From Alphaproteobacteria bacterium (GTDB lineage Bacteria; Pseudomonadota; Alphaproteobacteria; UBA828): a DNA stretch of 64,000 bases. Location of the stretch: contig CAXXMU010000002.1 in assembly GCA_963667785.2 (NCBI GenBank), positions 704,001 to 768,000 of the forward strand, given 5' to 3'. Below, one piece after another: positions 45,103-54,407 of the stretch; the first letter of the stretch is position 1; every line of letters starts with the position of its first letter. The position numbers and the translations under genes were made by a program. The notes under the pieces are model-generated. The model had not been told where the DNA came from, searched no databases, and saw only the letters and a program-made list of their open reading frames with translations.

Positions 45103-46085
45103 TGATCGAAGTGGTCAAGGCCGGGCTCGAGACCGGCGTGCAGGATTTTCCCGGCCGCTACGGCTTCTGGGAGCAGGGCTTCCCGCCGTCGGGCCCCTTC
45201 GACATGTGGTCCTTCCGCCTTGCCAACCTGCTGGTGGGCAACGCGGACGACGCTGCGGGGCTGGAGATCCAGTTCCTCGGGCCGACGCTCCGCTTCGAGA
45301 GCGAGATGCTGATCGCGCTGACCGGTGCCACGATGGCGCCGACCCTCGACGGCGCGCCCATGCCCCAGTGGGAGAGCGTCGCCGTGCCCGCCGGAGCGGT
45401 GCTGGAGACCGGCTTCGCAAGCACCGGCGCCCGCGCCTACCTCGCCGTCGCCGGCGGCATCGACACGACCCCGGTGCTGGGCTCGCGCTCGACCTTTCAC
45501 ATGGCCGGAGTCGGCGGCATGGAGGGCCATGCGCTCAAGGACGGCCAGCGCCTGCCGCTGGGCGACGGGGCCGGGGCCGGCAGGCCGGGCCGGCGGGTCA
45601 GGGCCGACTGCCGGCCGCCGATCTCTGCGGGCAAGGAGTGGCGGATCGAGGTCGTCGCCGGCCCCAACGACGACTGGATCGACGAGGCGGGCCAGCGCAT
45701 GTTCCTGGAGAGCGCGTGGACGCTGCAGGCCCGCAGCAACCGCACCGGCTATCGCCTCTCCGGCCCGGAGTGGACCTTCGCCGCCCGCGCCACCGACAAG
45801 GGACCGGAGCACGGCGAGCATCCCTCCAACATCCTCGACCACGGCTATCCGGTGGGCGCGGTGAACCTCTGCGGCCAGACGCCGATCATCCTGGTCAACG
45901 ACGGGCCGTCGGCCGGCGGCTTCATCAACCCCTTCACGGTGCCGTCCGCCGCGTTCTGGAAGCTCGCCCAGTCCAAGCCCAACGACGTCTACCGCTTCGA
46001 TCTCGTCTCGGTCGCCGACGCGCAGGCCGAGCGGCGGCGGATCGACGCGCTCTGCAGCGAGACCAGCCTGGAGAACGCCGGGTGA
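45102..46085 (+). CDS. Carboxyltransferase / allophanate-hydrolase subunit 2 type protein (PxpC-like), copy 1
   Basis: VQDFPGR, GFPPSGPFD, ANLLVGN, LGSRST, SNRTGYRL and DGPSAGGF motifs; TGATG overlap. Confidence 0.88.
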   Translation: MIEVVKAGLETGVQDFPGRYGFWEQGFPPSGPFDMWSFRLANLLVGNADDAAGLEIQFLGPTLRFESEMLIALTGATMAPTLDGAPMPQWESVAVPAGAVLETGFASTGARAYLAVAGGIDTTPVLGSRSTFHMAGVGGMEGHALKDGQRLPLGDGAGAGRPGRRVRADCRPPISAGKEWRIEVVAGPNDDWIDEAGQRMFLESAWTLQARSNRTGYRLSGPEWTFAARATDKGPEHGEHPSNILDHGYPVGAVNLCGQTPIILVNDGPSAGGFINPFTVPSAAFWKLAQSKPNDVYRFDLVSVADAQAERRRIDALCSETSLENAG

Positions 46086-46951
46086 TCTTCGACGAGCCGC
46101 GCTTCCTGCCCGGCGGCGATACCTTCGTGCTGGTGCAGTTCGGCGACGATGCGCGCATCGACCTCAACTTCATGGCGCTGGGGCTGACGGCGGCACTGCG
46201 CGAGGACCGCACGAAGGGCGTGATCGATACCAACCCCTCCTACAATTCGGTGGTGGTGGAGTACGACCCGGACCTGATCGGCGCGGACGACCTGGAGCGG
46301 GAGCTCCGTCGTCTCATCGAGGGGCTCGGCCCGGTCGAGGACCTGGAGCTGGAGAGCCGCCTCGCCTACCTCCCCGTCATGTACCGCGACCCGTGGACGA
46401 AGGCCTGTGTCGAGGACTACGCCGAGCGCATCGCGCCGCGCGAAGACGACCCGGAATTCGTGGCCCGAATCAACGGGCTGGAGGACGCGGCTCAGCTCGT
46501 GCGCGTGCATTCGGGAACCGAGCACTGGGTCGTCGCGGTGTGCTCCACGCCGGGGCTGCCGCTGATGGTGGCGCTCGATCCGCGCTGCGCCATCACCTCG
46601 CCCAAGTACAACCCGCCGCGCACCTGGACGACGCTCGGCGCCATCGGCGTCGGTGGTCTCTCCACCTCGATCTACACGACGCCCGGGCCGGGCGGCTACA
46701 ACCTGATCGGCCGCACGCCGGTGCCGCTCTGGGACACGCAGGCGAGGCTGCCGGCCTACCGCGACCGGGTGGTGCTGCTGGATGCCGCCGACAGGGTCAA
46801 GTTCGTGCCCGTCGAGCGCGAAGAGTTCGACTACATCGAGAGCCGCGTGGCCGCCGGCACCTACACCTTCAACGTGACCGGCTACCAGCGTTTCTCCGTC
46901 CGTGCCTACAAGGCATGGGCCGCCTCCCTCGATGCGAGCGAGCGGTTCTGA
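46082..46951 (+). CDS. Carboxyltransferase subunit 1 type protein (PxpB-like), copy 2
   Basis: GTG start in a GTGA overlap; colinear paralog of 44233-45102 (IFDEPRFLPGGD, HSGTEHWV, PKYNPPRTWT, PGGYNLIGRTP); 289 aa. Confidence 0.85.
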   Translation: MIFDEPRFLPGGDTFVLVQFGDDARIDLNFMALGLTAALREDRTKGVIDTNPSYNSVVVEYDPDLIGADDLERELRRLIEGLGPVEDLELESRLAYLPVMYRDPWTKACVEDYAERIAPREDDPEFVARINGLEDAAQLVRVHSGTEHWVVAVCSTPGLPLMVALDPRCAITSPKYNPPRTWTTLGAIGVGGLSTSIYTTPGPGGYNLIGRTPVPLWDTQARLPAYRDRVVLLDAADRVKFVPVEREEFDYIESRVAAGTYTFNVTGYQRFSVRAYKAWAASLDASERF

Positions 46952-46954
46952 GAC

Positions 46955-47956
46955 ATGGGATTCACGGTCGTCAAGGGCGGTCTCGAGACTACGGTGCAGG
47001 ACTATCCGGGCCGAAAGGGCGCCTTCGGCATGGGCTTCCCACCGTCCGGGCCCATCGACCACTGGTCCTTCCGCCTCGCCAACGTCCTGGTCGGCAATTC
47101 GCCGGGCGCGGCGGCGCTGGAATGTGCCTTCATCGGGCCGGTGCTGCGCGCAGACCGGGACGCGGTAATCGCGCTCACCGGCGCCGACATGAAGGCCACC
47201 CTCGACGGCGCGCCCGTGCCGCTCTGGGAGAGTGTCGCCGTGCATGCCGGGCAGACGCTGGCGCTGGGCTCCGCCGTCACCGGCGCGCGCACCTACATCG
47301 CCTTCGCCGGCGGCATCGAGGTGGCTCCCTTCCTCGGCTCGCGCGCGACCTTCGTCATCGGCGCCTGCGGCGGCCTCGAAGGCGCCGCGCTGAAGGAGGG
47401 ACAGTCCATCCCTCTGGAGCCCACCGGCGCAGCAACGCCCGGCCGCAGGCTGAGGGAGGGTGCCCGCCCGCCCGCGCCCGCCGGCGGCGCCTGGGAGATC
47501 GAGGTCGTCGCCGGTCCCAACGACGACTGGATCGACGAGGCCGGCAAGCGGCGCTTCCTGACGAGCGACTGGCGGCTTTCGTCCAAGAGCAATCGCGTCG
47601 GCTTCCGCCTCGACGGGCCGGACTGGACCTTCACCGCGAAGGCGACCGACAAGGCACCGGCGAACGGCGAGCACCCCTCCAACGTGATCGACCACGGCTA
47701 CCCCATCGGCGCCATCAACCTCTGCGGCCAGACCCCCATCATCCTGATGGTGGACACCCTCACCCTCGGCGGCTTCATCAACCCCTACACGGTGCCGACC
47801 TGCGCCTGGTGGAAGCTCGGCCAGTCGCGACCCAACGAGATATACCGCTTCCGCGAGGTCACGGTGGCGGCCGCGCAGGCCGAGCGCCGCCGCATCGCCA
47901 CGCTGTGCACCGAGGACTCCCTGGCACCCGGGGAGCAGGACGGCGGCCGGGCATGA
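46955..47956 (+). CDS. Carboxyltransferase subunit 2 type protein (PxpC-like), copy 2
   Basis: TVQDYPGR, GFPPSGPID, SNRVGFRL and GEHPSNVIDHGY motifs; paralog of 45102-46085. Confidence 0.88.
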   Translation: MGFTVVKGGLETTVQDYPGRKGAFGMGFPPSGPIDHWSFRLANVLVGNSPGAAALECAFIGPVLRADRDAVIALTGADMKATLDGAPVPLWESVAVHAGQTLALGSAVTGARTYIAFAGGIEVAPFLGSRATFVIGACGGLEGAALKEGQSIPLEPTGAATPGRRLREGARPPAPAGGAWEIEVVAGPNDDWIDEAGKRRFLTSDWRLSSKSNRVGFRLDGPDWTFTAKATDKAPANGEHPSNVIDHGYPIGAINLCGQTPIILMVDTLTLGGFINPYTVPTCAWWKLGQSRPNEIYRFREVTVAAAQAERRRIATLCTEDSLAPGEQDGGRA

Positions 47957-49116
47957 GGATCGTCGAGATCCGCGATGTTGCTGTGCCCATGGGCGCGCCG
48001 ATGCGGAACGCCGTGATCGACTTCAGCCGGATGACCGTGAGCGCGGTCGCCGTGATCACGGACGTGGTGCGCGGCGGCCGGCCCGTGGTGGGCTTCGGCT
48101 TCAACGCCAACGGCCGTTACGCCCAGAGCGCGCTCATCCGCGAGCGGCTCGCCCCGCGCGTGCTGGAGGCGCCGGAGGAGCACGCGAGCGCGGACGGCTC
48201 CACCCTCGATGCGCGCACCATTCGCCGCCTGATGATGCGGAACGAGAAGCCCGGCGGCCACGGCGAGCGCGCGGTCGCGGTAGCGGCGCTCGACATCGCG
48301 GTCTGGGATGCCGCCGCCAAGATCGCCGACATGCCGCTCTGGGCGATGATCGCGGACGCGGCCGGCACGCGCGCGCCGGAGCGGCGCATCCCCGTCTACG
48401 CCGCCGGCGGCTACTACGACCCCGACAAGGGCACGAAAGGCCTCGTCGCCGAGATGCGGCGCTATCTCGATCAGGGCTACACCCAGGTGAAGATGAAGAT
48501 CGGCGGCGCCACCCTCGACGAAGACCGCGCCAGGATCGAGGCGGTGCTGGCGCTGCTGGGCGGCGACGGCGCCCGGCTCGCGGTGGACGCGAACGGTCGC
48601 TTCGACGCCGAGACCGCGCTCCGCTACGCCGACGCGCTCGTTCCCTACCGCCTCGCCTGGTACGAGGAGCCCGGCGATCCCCTCGACTTCTCCCTCAACG
48701 CGGCGGTGGCGGCGGCCTATCCCGGCGCGATCGCGACCGGCGAGAACCTGCTCTCGCTGCAGGACGCGCGCAACCTGCTCCGCTTCGGCGGAATGCGGCC
48801 GGAAACTGACTTCGTGCAGTTCGACCCGGCGCTCGCCTACGGCGTGGGCGAGACCATCGACATCGTCGCCATGATGGCGGCAGAGGGCTGGTCGCCCCGC
48901 CGCTTCCTCCCCCACGGTGGCAACCTGCTGGCGCTCGCCGCCGCCGGCGGCCTTGTACTCGGCGGCTGCGAATCCTATCCGGGCGTCTTCCAGCCCTTCG
49001 GCGGCTTCGCCGACGACACCCCGGTGGAGGATGGCCGGGTCAGCCTCGGCGATGCGCCCGGTGCCGGCTTCGAGCGCAAGGCCGCGCTCGCCGCACTGCT
49101 CGAGACCCTGCTCTGA
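47953..49116 (+). CDS. Mandelate racemase subgroup enolase-superfamily enzyme, D-tartrate dehydratase-like
   Basis: GFNANGRY, NEKPGGHGER, VYAAGGYY, KMKIGG, VDANG, WYEEPG, TGEN, PHGG and ESYP motifs closely follow my recollection of Bradyrhizobium TarD; ATGA overlap with the upstream gene. Confidence 0.85.
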   Translation: MRIVEIRDVAVPMGAPMRNAVIDFSRMTVSAVAVITDVVRGGRPVVGFGFNANGRYAQSALIRERLAPRVLEAPEEHASADGSTLDARTIRRLMMRNEKPGGHGERAVAVAALDIAVWDAAAKIADMPLWAMIADAAGTRAPERRIPVYAAGGYYDPDKGTKGLVAEMRRYLDQGYTQVKMKIGGATLDEDRARIEAVLALLGGDGARLAVDANGRFDAETALRYADALVPYRLAWYEEPGDPLDFSLNAAVAAAYPGAIATGENLLSLQDARNLLRFGGMRPETDFVQFDPALAYGVGETIDIVAMMAAEGWSPRRFLPHGGNLLALAAAGGLVLGGCESYPGVFQPFGGFADDTPVEDGRVSLGDAPGAGFERKAALAALLETLL

Positions 49117-49169
49117 ATTCCGGTCGGCACGCGGTCCCGGCGGCAGCCGGAGAGACGACGGGGCGGCCC

Positions 49170-50369
49170 ATGCCGAGCGCCGCCGAGTTCGTCCCGCTCG
49201 TCGCCCTGCTGATGGCGCTCGTCGCCCTCTCGATCGACGCCATGCTGCCGGCGCTGCCGGCCATCGGGCATGATCTCGGCGCGGCAGAGCGCAACGACGT
49301 GCAGCTCGTCGTGACCGCCCTCTTCCTCGGGCTCGGCTTCGGGCAGCTCCTCTTCGGCCCGCTTTCCGACGTCATCGGCCGCAAGCCCGCCATCTTCGCC
49401 GGCCTTGCGCTCTTCATGGCCGGCTGCGTCGTCTCGATCCTCGCACCCACCTTCGAATCCATGCTCGCCGGCCGCGTGCTCCAGGGCATCGGCGTCGCGG
49501 CGCCGCGCATCGTCTCGGTGGCGCTGGTGCGCGACCAGTACGAGGGCCGCCGGATGGCCCGCATCATGTCGTTCGCGATGGCGGTGTTCATCCTCGTGCC
49601 CACGCTCGCGCCAGCCATCGGCCAGGGTATCCAGGCGATCGCGGGCTGGCGCGCCATCTTCCTCACGCTCTTCGCCGCCGCCGCCATCGCCGGCATCTGG
49701 CTCATGCTGCGCCAGCCCGAGACGCTGCCGGCCGAGAGGCGCACGCGCCTCTCCCTCAGCGCGCTCGGACGATCGGCGATGGAGGTGCTGCGGGTCCGGC
49801 AGTCGATGGGATACACGCTTGCGCTCGGCTTCGCCTTTTCCCCCTTCGTCGCCTACCTGAGCACGGCCCAGCAGATCTTCCAGGACGCCTACGGCGTGGG
49901 CTCTCTCTTCCCCGCCTATTTCGGCGGGCTGGCGCTGGCGTTCGGCGTCACCGCGCTGGTGAACGGCCATCTCGTCATGCGCTACGGCATGGTCCGCCTC
50001 TCGAGTGTCGCGGCGGTCGGCGCCACCCTCGTCTCGCTGGCGTCGTGGGCGGGAACCTTCGCTTTCGACGGGCTGCTGCCGCTCTGGCTGTTCGTGGTCT
50101 CCCTGATGCTCGTCTTCGCGGCGGTCGGCCTTCTCTTCGGCAACCTGAACGCACTCGCGATGCAGCCTCTCGGCCACGTCGCGGGCGTGGGCGCGGCGCT
50201 CGTCTCGCTGCTGTCCACCCTCATCTCGGTGCCGCTCGGCGGGCTGATCGGCTACGCCTTCGACGGCACGCTCTACGTGCTGCTGGGCTCGTTCGCGCTC
50301 TTCGGCGCGGGGACCTTCGCCGCCATCCGCTGGGCAGCACGCGGCCGGGAGCCGGCGGGACACGCCTGA
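49170..50369 (+). CDS. Bcr/CflA family MFS transporter
   Basis: SIDAMLPALP, GPLSDVIGRKP, GRVLQG and VRDQY motifs; about 12 hydrophobic segments. Confidence 0.9.
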   Translation: MPSAAEFVPLVALLMALVALSIDAMLPALPAIGHDLGAAERNDVQLVVTALFLGLGFGQLLFGPLSDVIGRKPAIFAGLALFMAGCVVSILAPTFESMLAGRVLQGIGVAAPRIVSVALVRDQYEGRRMARIMSFAMAVFILVPTLAPAIGQGIQAIAGWRAIFLTLFAAAAIAGIWLMLRQPETLPAERRTRLSLSALGRSAMEVLRVRQSMGYTLALGFAFSPFVAYLSTAQQIFQDAYGVGSLFPAYFGGLALAFGVTALVNGHLVMRYGMVRLSSVAAVGATLVSLASWAGTFAFDGLLPLWLFVVSLMLVFAAVGLLFGNLNALAMQPLGHVAGVGAALVSLLSTLISVPLGGLIGYAFDGTLYVLLGSFALFGAGTFAAIRWAARGREPAGHA

Positions 50370-50472
50370 TTCGTCCATGCCGGCGCGCTTGTCGGAGCGG
50401 GCGGCGGGCGGGTAGAACCCTCGCAGCCGCCGGCACGGCGCGTGCCGGACGAGAGCGGGAGGTCACGGGCCA

Positions 50473-51399
50473 ATGAGCAAAGTCATCATCACCTGCGCGG
50501 TCACGGGGTCGATCCACACCCCCACCATGTCGCCGCACCTGCCGCTAACGCCAGACGAGATCGCGGCCGACGGCGTGGCCGCGGCTGAGGCCGGCGCCTC
50601 CATCCTCCACCTGCACGCGCGCGACCCCGAGGACGGGCGGCCGACACCGGACCCAGACGTCTTCATGGCCTTCCTGCCGCGCATCAAGCAGCAGTCCGAC
50701 GCGGTCATCAACATCACCACCGGCGGCGGGCTCGGCATGACGCTGGACGAGCGCCTCGCCGCGCCGCGCCGCGCGAGCCCGGAGATGACCTCGCTCAACA
50801 TGGGCTCCATGAACTTCGGCATCTACCCGATGCTGAACCGCTACAAGGAGTTCAAGTACGACTGGGAGAGGCCCCACCTGGAGGGCACGAAGGACTTTAT
50901 TTTCCGCAATACATTCAAGGATATCGAATACATTATGAAGGATCTAGGTGAAGGTCACGGCGTACGCTTCGAGTTCGAGTGCTACGACGTCGGCCACCTC
51001 TACAACCTGGCTCATTTCGTCGACAGGGGCCTGGTGAAGCCGCCGCTCTTCGTGCAGACCATCTTCGGTATCCTGGGCGGCATCGGCGCCGACCACGAGA
51101 ACCTGATGCACATGCGCCGCATCGCCAACAAGCTCTTCGGCGACGACTACCGCTGGTCGATCCTGGCCGCCGGCCGCCACCAGATGAGCTTCGTCACCAT
51201 GGGCGCGATGATGGGGGGCAACATCCGCGTCGGCCTGGAGGACAGCCTCTTCATCGGCAAGGGCGAGCTGGCGCCCTCCAATGCCGCCCAGGTCGCCAAG
51301 GCCAGGCGCATCGTCGAGGAGCTCTCCCTCGAGGTCGCGACGCCGACGGAGGCGCGCGAGATGCTGGGCCTCAAGGGCGGCGATCAGGTGAGTTTCTGA
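50473..51399 (+). CDS. Beta-keto acid cleavage enzyme (BKACE/Kce, DUF849)
   Basis: IITCAVTG, HLHAR, NITTGG, EFECYD and RVGLED motifs. Confidence 0.93.
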   Translation: MSKVIITCAVTGSIHTPTMSPHLPLTPDEIAADGVAAAEAGASILHLHARDPEDGRPTPDPDVFMAFLPRIKQQSDAVINITTGGGLGMTLDERLAAPRRASPEMTSLNMGSMNFGIYPMLNRYKEFKYDWERPHLEGTKDFIFRNTFKDIEYIMKDLGEGHGVRFEFECYDVGHLYNLAHFVDRGLVKPPLFVQTIFGILGGIGADHENLMHMRRIANKLFGDDYRWSILAAGRHQMSFVTMGAMMGGNIRVGLEDSLFIGKGELAPSNAAQVAKARRIVEELSLEVATPTEAREMLGLKGGDQVSF

Positions 51400-51466
51400 G
51401 GGAGCACATCCCCCCCTTAGACGCCAGATGTTCTCATCATGGTGGCCAACGCGAGATGACTGTCGT

Positions 51467-51608
51467 CAAGAGAACCGGGCCGCCAGGCGGCCCGGACGGC
51501 GCGACCGCACGTCGCACGTCCACGTGCGCAGGCGCACGATGCGCCGAAGGCGCGTAGCGTCGCGCGTCCACGCGCGCATGAGCGCGCGATGCGCCTGAGG
51601 GTTCTTGG
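51467..51608. repeat. Palindrome-rich intergenic element (hairpins plus an imperfect direct repeat)
   Basis: CCGGGCCGCC-A-GGCGGCCCGG (51475-51495); direct repeats at 51510-51545 and 51558-51595, each with a hairpin; AGAACC...GGTTCT flanks. Confidence 0.55.
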
Positions 51609-51619
51609 TAGAGTCCCTC

Positions 51620-52105
51620 TCAGAACCTCTCGGCGCGGAACGGTCGGTGGCAGCCGCCGCAGGCGGCGCCGACCGCGCCGAAGGCGCCCTGCAGGCTGGC
51701 GAGATCGGTGCCTGCCGCCGCCACCAGACCCTCCAGCGCCTTGGTCATCGCATCGGCCTTCTCGACGACCGCCGGGAAGGTGGTCCAGATCTCCGCCTTG
51801 GCCCGGGTCTTGCCGGGAAGCGCACCGTTGTCGGAGCCGGGCGGCCACATTGCGCCCACGTCCATCGTGGACAGCGCGAGCAGATTGTTGGCGATCCCGC
51901 TCGCCTGCGCCCCGTCGTAGGGAACCTGGCCCTTGGCGATGCCCGCGAGCTGGCCCATGAAGAAGCCGTTGAGCTGCATGTAGGCCAGGCGGGCCTTGAT
52001 TGCGCCCGAGTGGTCCTCCTGGGCGCTCGCCGTGCCGGTGCCGGCGAACGCCGCCAGCGCGAACACCAGTGCCGCCGCAGCCGAAATCAGTGCGCGTCTC
52101 GTCAT
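51620..52105 (-). CDS. Class II cytochrome c (c' / c556 type)
   Basis: Signal peptide, IKARLAYM helix, C-terminal CGGCH heme motif; start re-assigned to 52105. Confidence 0.9.
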   Translation of the reverse strand: MTRRALISAAAALVFALAAFAGTGTASAQEDHSGAIKARLAYMQLNGFFMGQLAGIAKGQVPYDGAQASGIANNLLALSTMDVGAMWPPGSDNGALPGKTRAKAEIWTTFPAVVEKADAMTKALEGLVAAAGTDLASLQGAFGAVGAACGGCHRPFRAERF

Positions 52106-52278
52106 CGTCTGCCCCCCTGCCCGTGCCGTCCGGGCTTCTTTCCCTGCGCGAATCCTACTCTCCCAAGCCGCCTCCCGCCATCGCCGATTGCCGTCCGCCG
52201 TTCCGACCCGCGCGCTGCGCCGGCTTGCGTTCGCCCCCGCCGGCGGCAATATGGCCGGCGACGGACGAAGGGCACGGC

Positions 52279-54399
52279 ATGAGCGAGAGGAACGGCGCCC
52301 GCTACGTGGTCGCGACCGACGTCGGCGGCACCTGCACCGATGCGGTGCTCTTCGCCGCCGGCGAGCCGGTGCGCCTGGGCAAGGCGCTCTCCACCCCGCC
52401 CGACTTCGCGGACGGCGTGCTCGCCGCCGTCGCCGCCGCGGCGGAAGGCATGGGCATCGCCACGGATGCCTTGCTGGCCGAGACGGGGCTCTTCGTGCAC
52501 GGATCTACGGTGGTCGACAACACGCTGCTCACCCGCACCGGCGCCAGCACCGGGCTCATCACCACGGAGGGCTTCGAGGACACGCTGACCATCACCCGCG
52601 GCGCCTACGGCCGCTGGGCCGGCCTCACCGAGGACGGAATCAAGCACCCCGTGGCGACCGACCGGGCGCCCGCGCTGGTGGCGGGGACGCGCACCAGGGG
52701 CGTGCCGGAGCGGGTGGACTACAAGGGCGCCGTCCTGCGCCCGCTGGACGAGGACGCGGTGCGCGCGGCGATCTGCGCGCTGGTCGAGGATGCGGGCGTG
52801 GACGCGCTGGCCGTCTCCTTCCTCTGGTCCTTCTACAACGACGCCCACGAGCGCCGGGTCGGCGACCTGATCCGCGAGATCGCGCCATCCGTCTACGTCA
52901 CGCTCTCGAGCGAGATCGCGCCGGTGCCGGGCGAGTACGAGCGCGCGTCGACGACGGTCATCAACGCCTATGCCGGGCGCATCGCCCGCGACTACGTGAC
53001 CACCCTGCAGGGGCTGCTCAAGGCGCGCGGCTATGACGGGCCGCTGCTGGTGATGCAGGGCTATGGCGGTCTGCTGCCGGCCGAGGAGGCGGCCGGACGC
53101 GCCGTCGGCATGCTCGAATGCGGCCCCGCCGCCGGCGTCATCGGCAGCCGCCATCTCGGCCAGCTCATGGAGGACGACGACATCATCGCCTGCGACATGG
53201 GCGGCACCACCTTCAAGGTCGGCGTCATCCAGGGTGGGGCGATCGAGTATGCCCGCGAGCCGATGGTCGACCGCTACCACTACGTGGCGCCGAAGATCGA
53301 GGTGGTCTCCATCGGCGCCGGCGGCGGCAGCATCGTGGCGCTGGACCCCGTCACGGGCGTGCCCGGCGTCGGCCCCGCAAGCGCCGGCGCGAGGCCCGGG
53401 CCGGTCTGCTACGGGCTCGGCGGGACCGAGCCGACGCTGACGGACGTCATGCTGCTGGTCGGCTACATGGACCCCGGCACCTTCCTCGGCGGCACCATCA
53501 CGCTCGATGCGCAAGCCGCCCGGCACGCATTCGAGGAGAAGGTGGCCAGGCCGCTCGCCATGAGCGTGGAAGAGGCGGCCATCGGCATCTACCGCATCGC
53601 CGCGGCACAGATCACCGACCTCATCCACGAGATCACGGTGGAGCGCGGCCTCGACTCGCGCGATTTCGTGCTGCACGCCTTCGGCGGAAGCTGCGGGCTG
53701 CTCTGCGGCGTGTTCGGCGCGGAGCTCGGCGTAAAGCGCATCGTGGTGCCCCACACCGCCGCGGTAAACGCCGCCTTCGGCCTGCTGGCCGCCGACATCG
53801 TCCACGAATACAGCGTCACCAGGACGCTGCCGGCGGACAGCCCGGCCGAGGAGATCAACGCGATCTACGCGCCGATGGTGGAGCGCGCCCGCGCCCAGCT
53901 CGCCGCCGAGGGATTCACGGGCGACGTGATCGCGCTGGACTGGTCGGTCGACCTGCGCTACAGCCGCCAGGTGCACGAGGTGACGACACCGGTGGCGGAC
54001 GGCGGGCCGATGGAGGATGCCGCCGTCGCCCGGCTCGCGGCCGATTTCGAGGCGCTCTACGAGCGCAAGTTCGGCAAGGGCTCCGCCTATCGCGCCGCCG
54101 GCATGGAGATGACCATGTTCCGGCTGTCCGCGCGCGGCCTGGTGGAGCGCCCTCCCATCGAGCGCACCCCGCCCGGCGACGGCGATCCGGCGCCCGCGCT
54201 GATCGGCCGGCGCGACATCTTCGTCGAGGCCGCGGGCGCGCTTGCGCCGGCGGACATCTACGACTTCGAGCGGCTCGCGCCCGGCAACGTCGTCGCCGGG
54301 CCTGCAGTGATCCACACGCCGATCACCACCATCGTCCTGCAGGCCGGCCAGGCCGGCCGCATGGACGCATACCGCAACATCGTCATCGAGCTCGGCTGA
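52279..54399 (+). CDS. Hydantoinase/oxoprolinase A subunit (HyuA-like, ATP-binding)
   Basis: DVGGTCTD, HGSTVVDN, EYERASTT, GPAAGV, DMGGTTF, IGAGGGS and GPVCYG motifs. Confidence 0.92.
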   Translation: MSERNGARYVVATDVGGTCTDAVLFAAGEPVRLGKALSTPPDFADGVLAAVAAAAEGMGIATDALLAETGLFVHGSTVVDNTLLTRTGASTGLITTEGFEDTLTITRGAYGRWAGLTEDGIKHPVATDRAPALVAGTRTRGVPERVDYKGAVLRPLDEDAVRAAICALVEDAGVDALAVSFLWSFYNDAHERRVGDLIREIAPSVYVTLSSEIAPVPGEYERASTTVINAYAGRIARDYVTTLQGLLKARGYDGPLLVMQGYGGLLPAEEAAGRAVGMLECGPAAGVIGSRHLGQLMEDDDIIACDMGGTTFKVGVIQGGAIEYAREPMVDRYHYVAPKIEVVSIGAGGGSIVALDPVTGVPGVGPASAGARPGPVCYGLGGTEPTLTDVMLLVGYMDPGTFLGGTITLDAQAARHAFEEKVARPLAMSVEEAAIGIYRIAAAQITDLIHEITVERGLDSRDFVLHAFGGSCGLLCGVFGAELGVKRIVVPHTAAVNAAFGLLAADIVHEYSVTRTLPADSPAEEINAIYAPMVERARAQLAAEGFTGDVIALDWSVDLRYSRQVHEVTTPVADGGPMEDAAVARLAADFEALYERKFGKGSAYRAAGMEMTMFRLSARGLVERPPIERTPPGDGDPAPALIGRRDIFVEAAGALAPADIYDFERLAPGNVVAGPAVIHTPITTIVLQAGQAGRMDAYRNIVIELG

Positions 54400-54407
54400 G
54401 GCCCGCC

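Noticed and set aside
44233-47956. Naming the carboxyltransferase genes pxpB/pxpC (5-oxoprolinase)
   Set aside because: No pxpA nearby, and the subunits carry urea-carboxylase-like motifs; function is not established.
51510-51595. Possible mini CRISPR array
   Set aside because: Only two imperfect repeats with a 12-nt gap and no cas genes.
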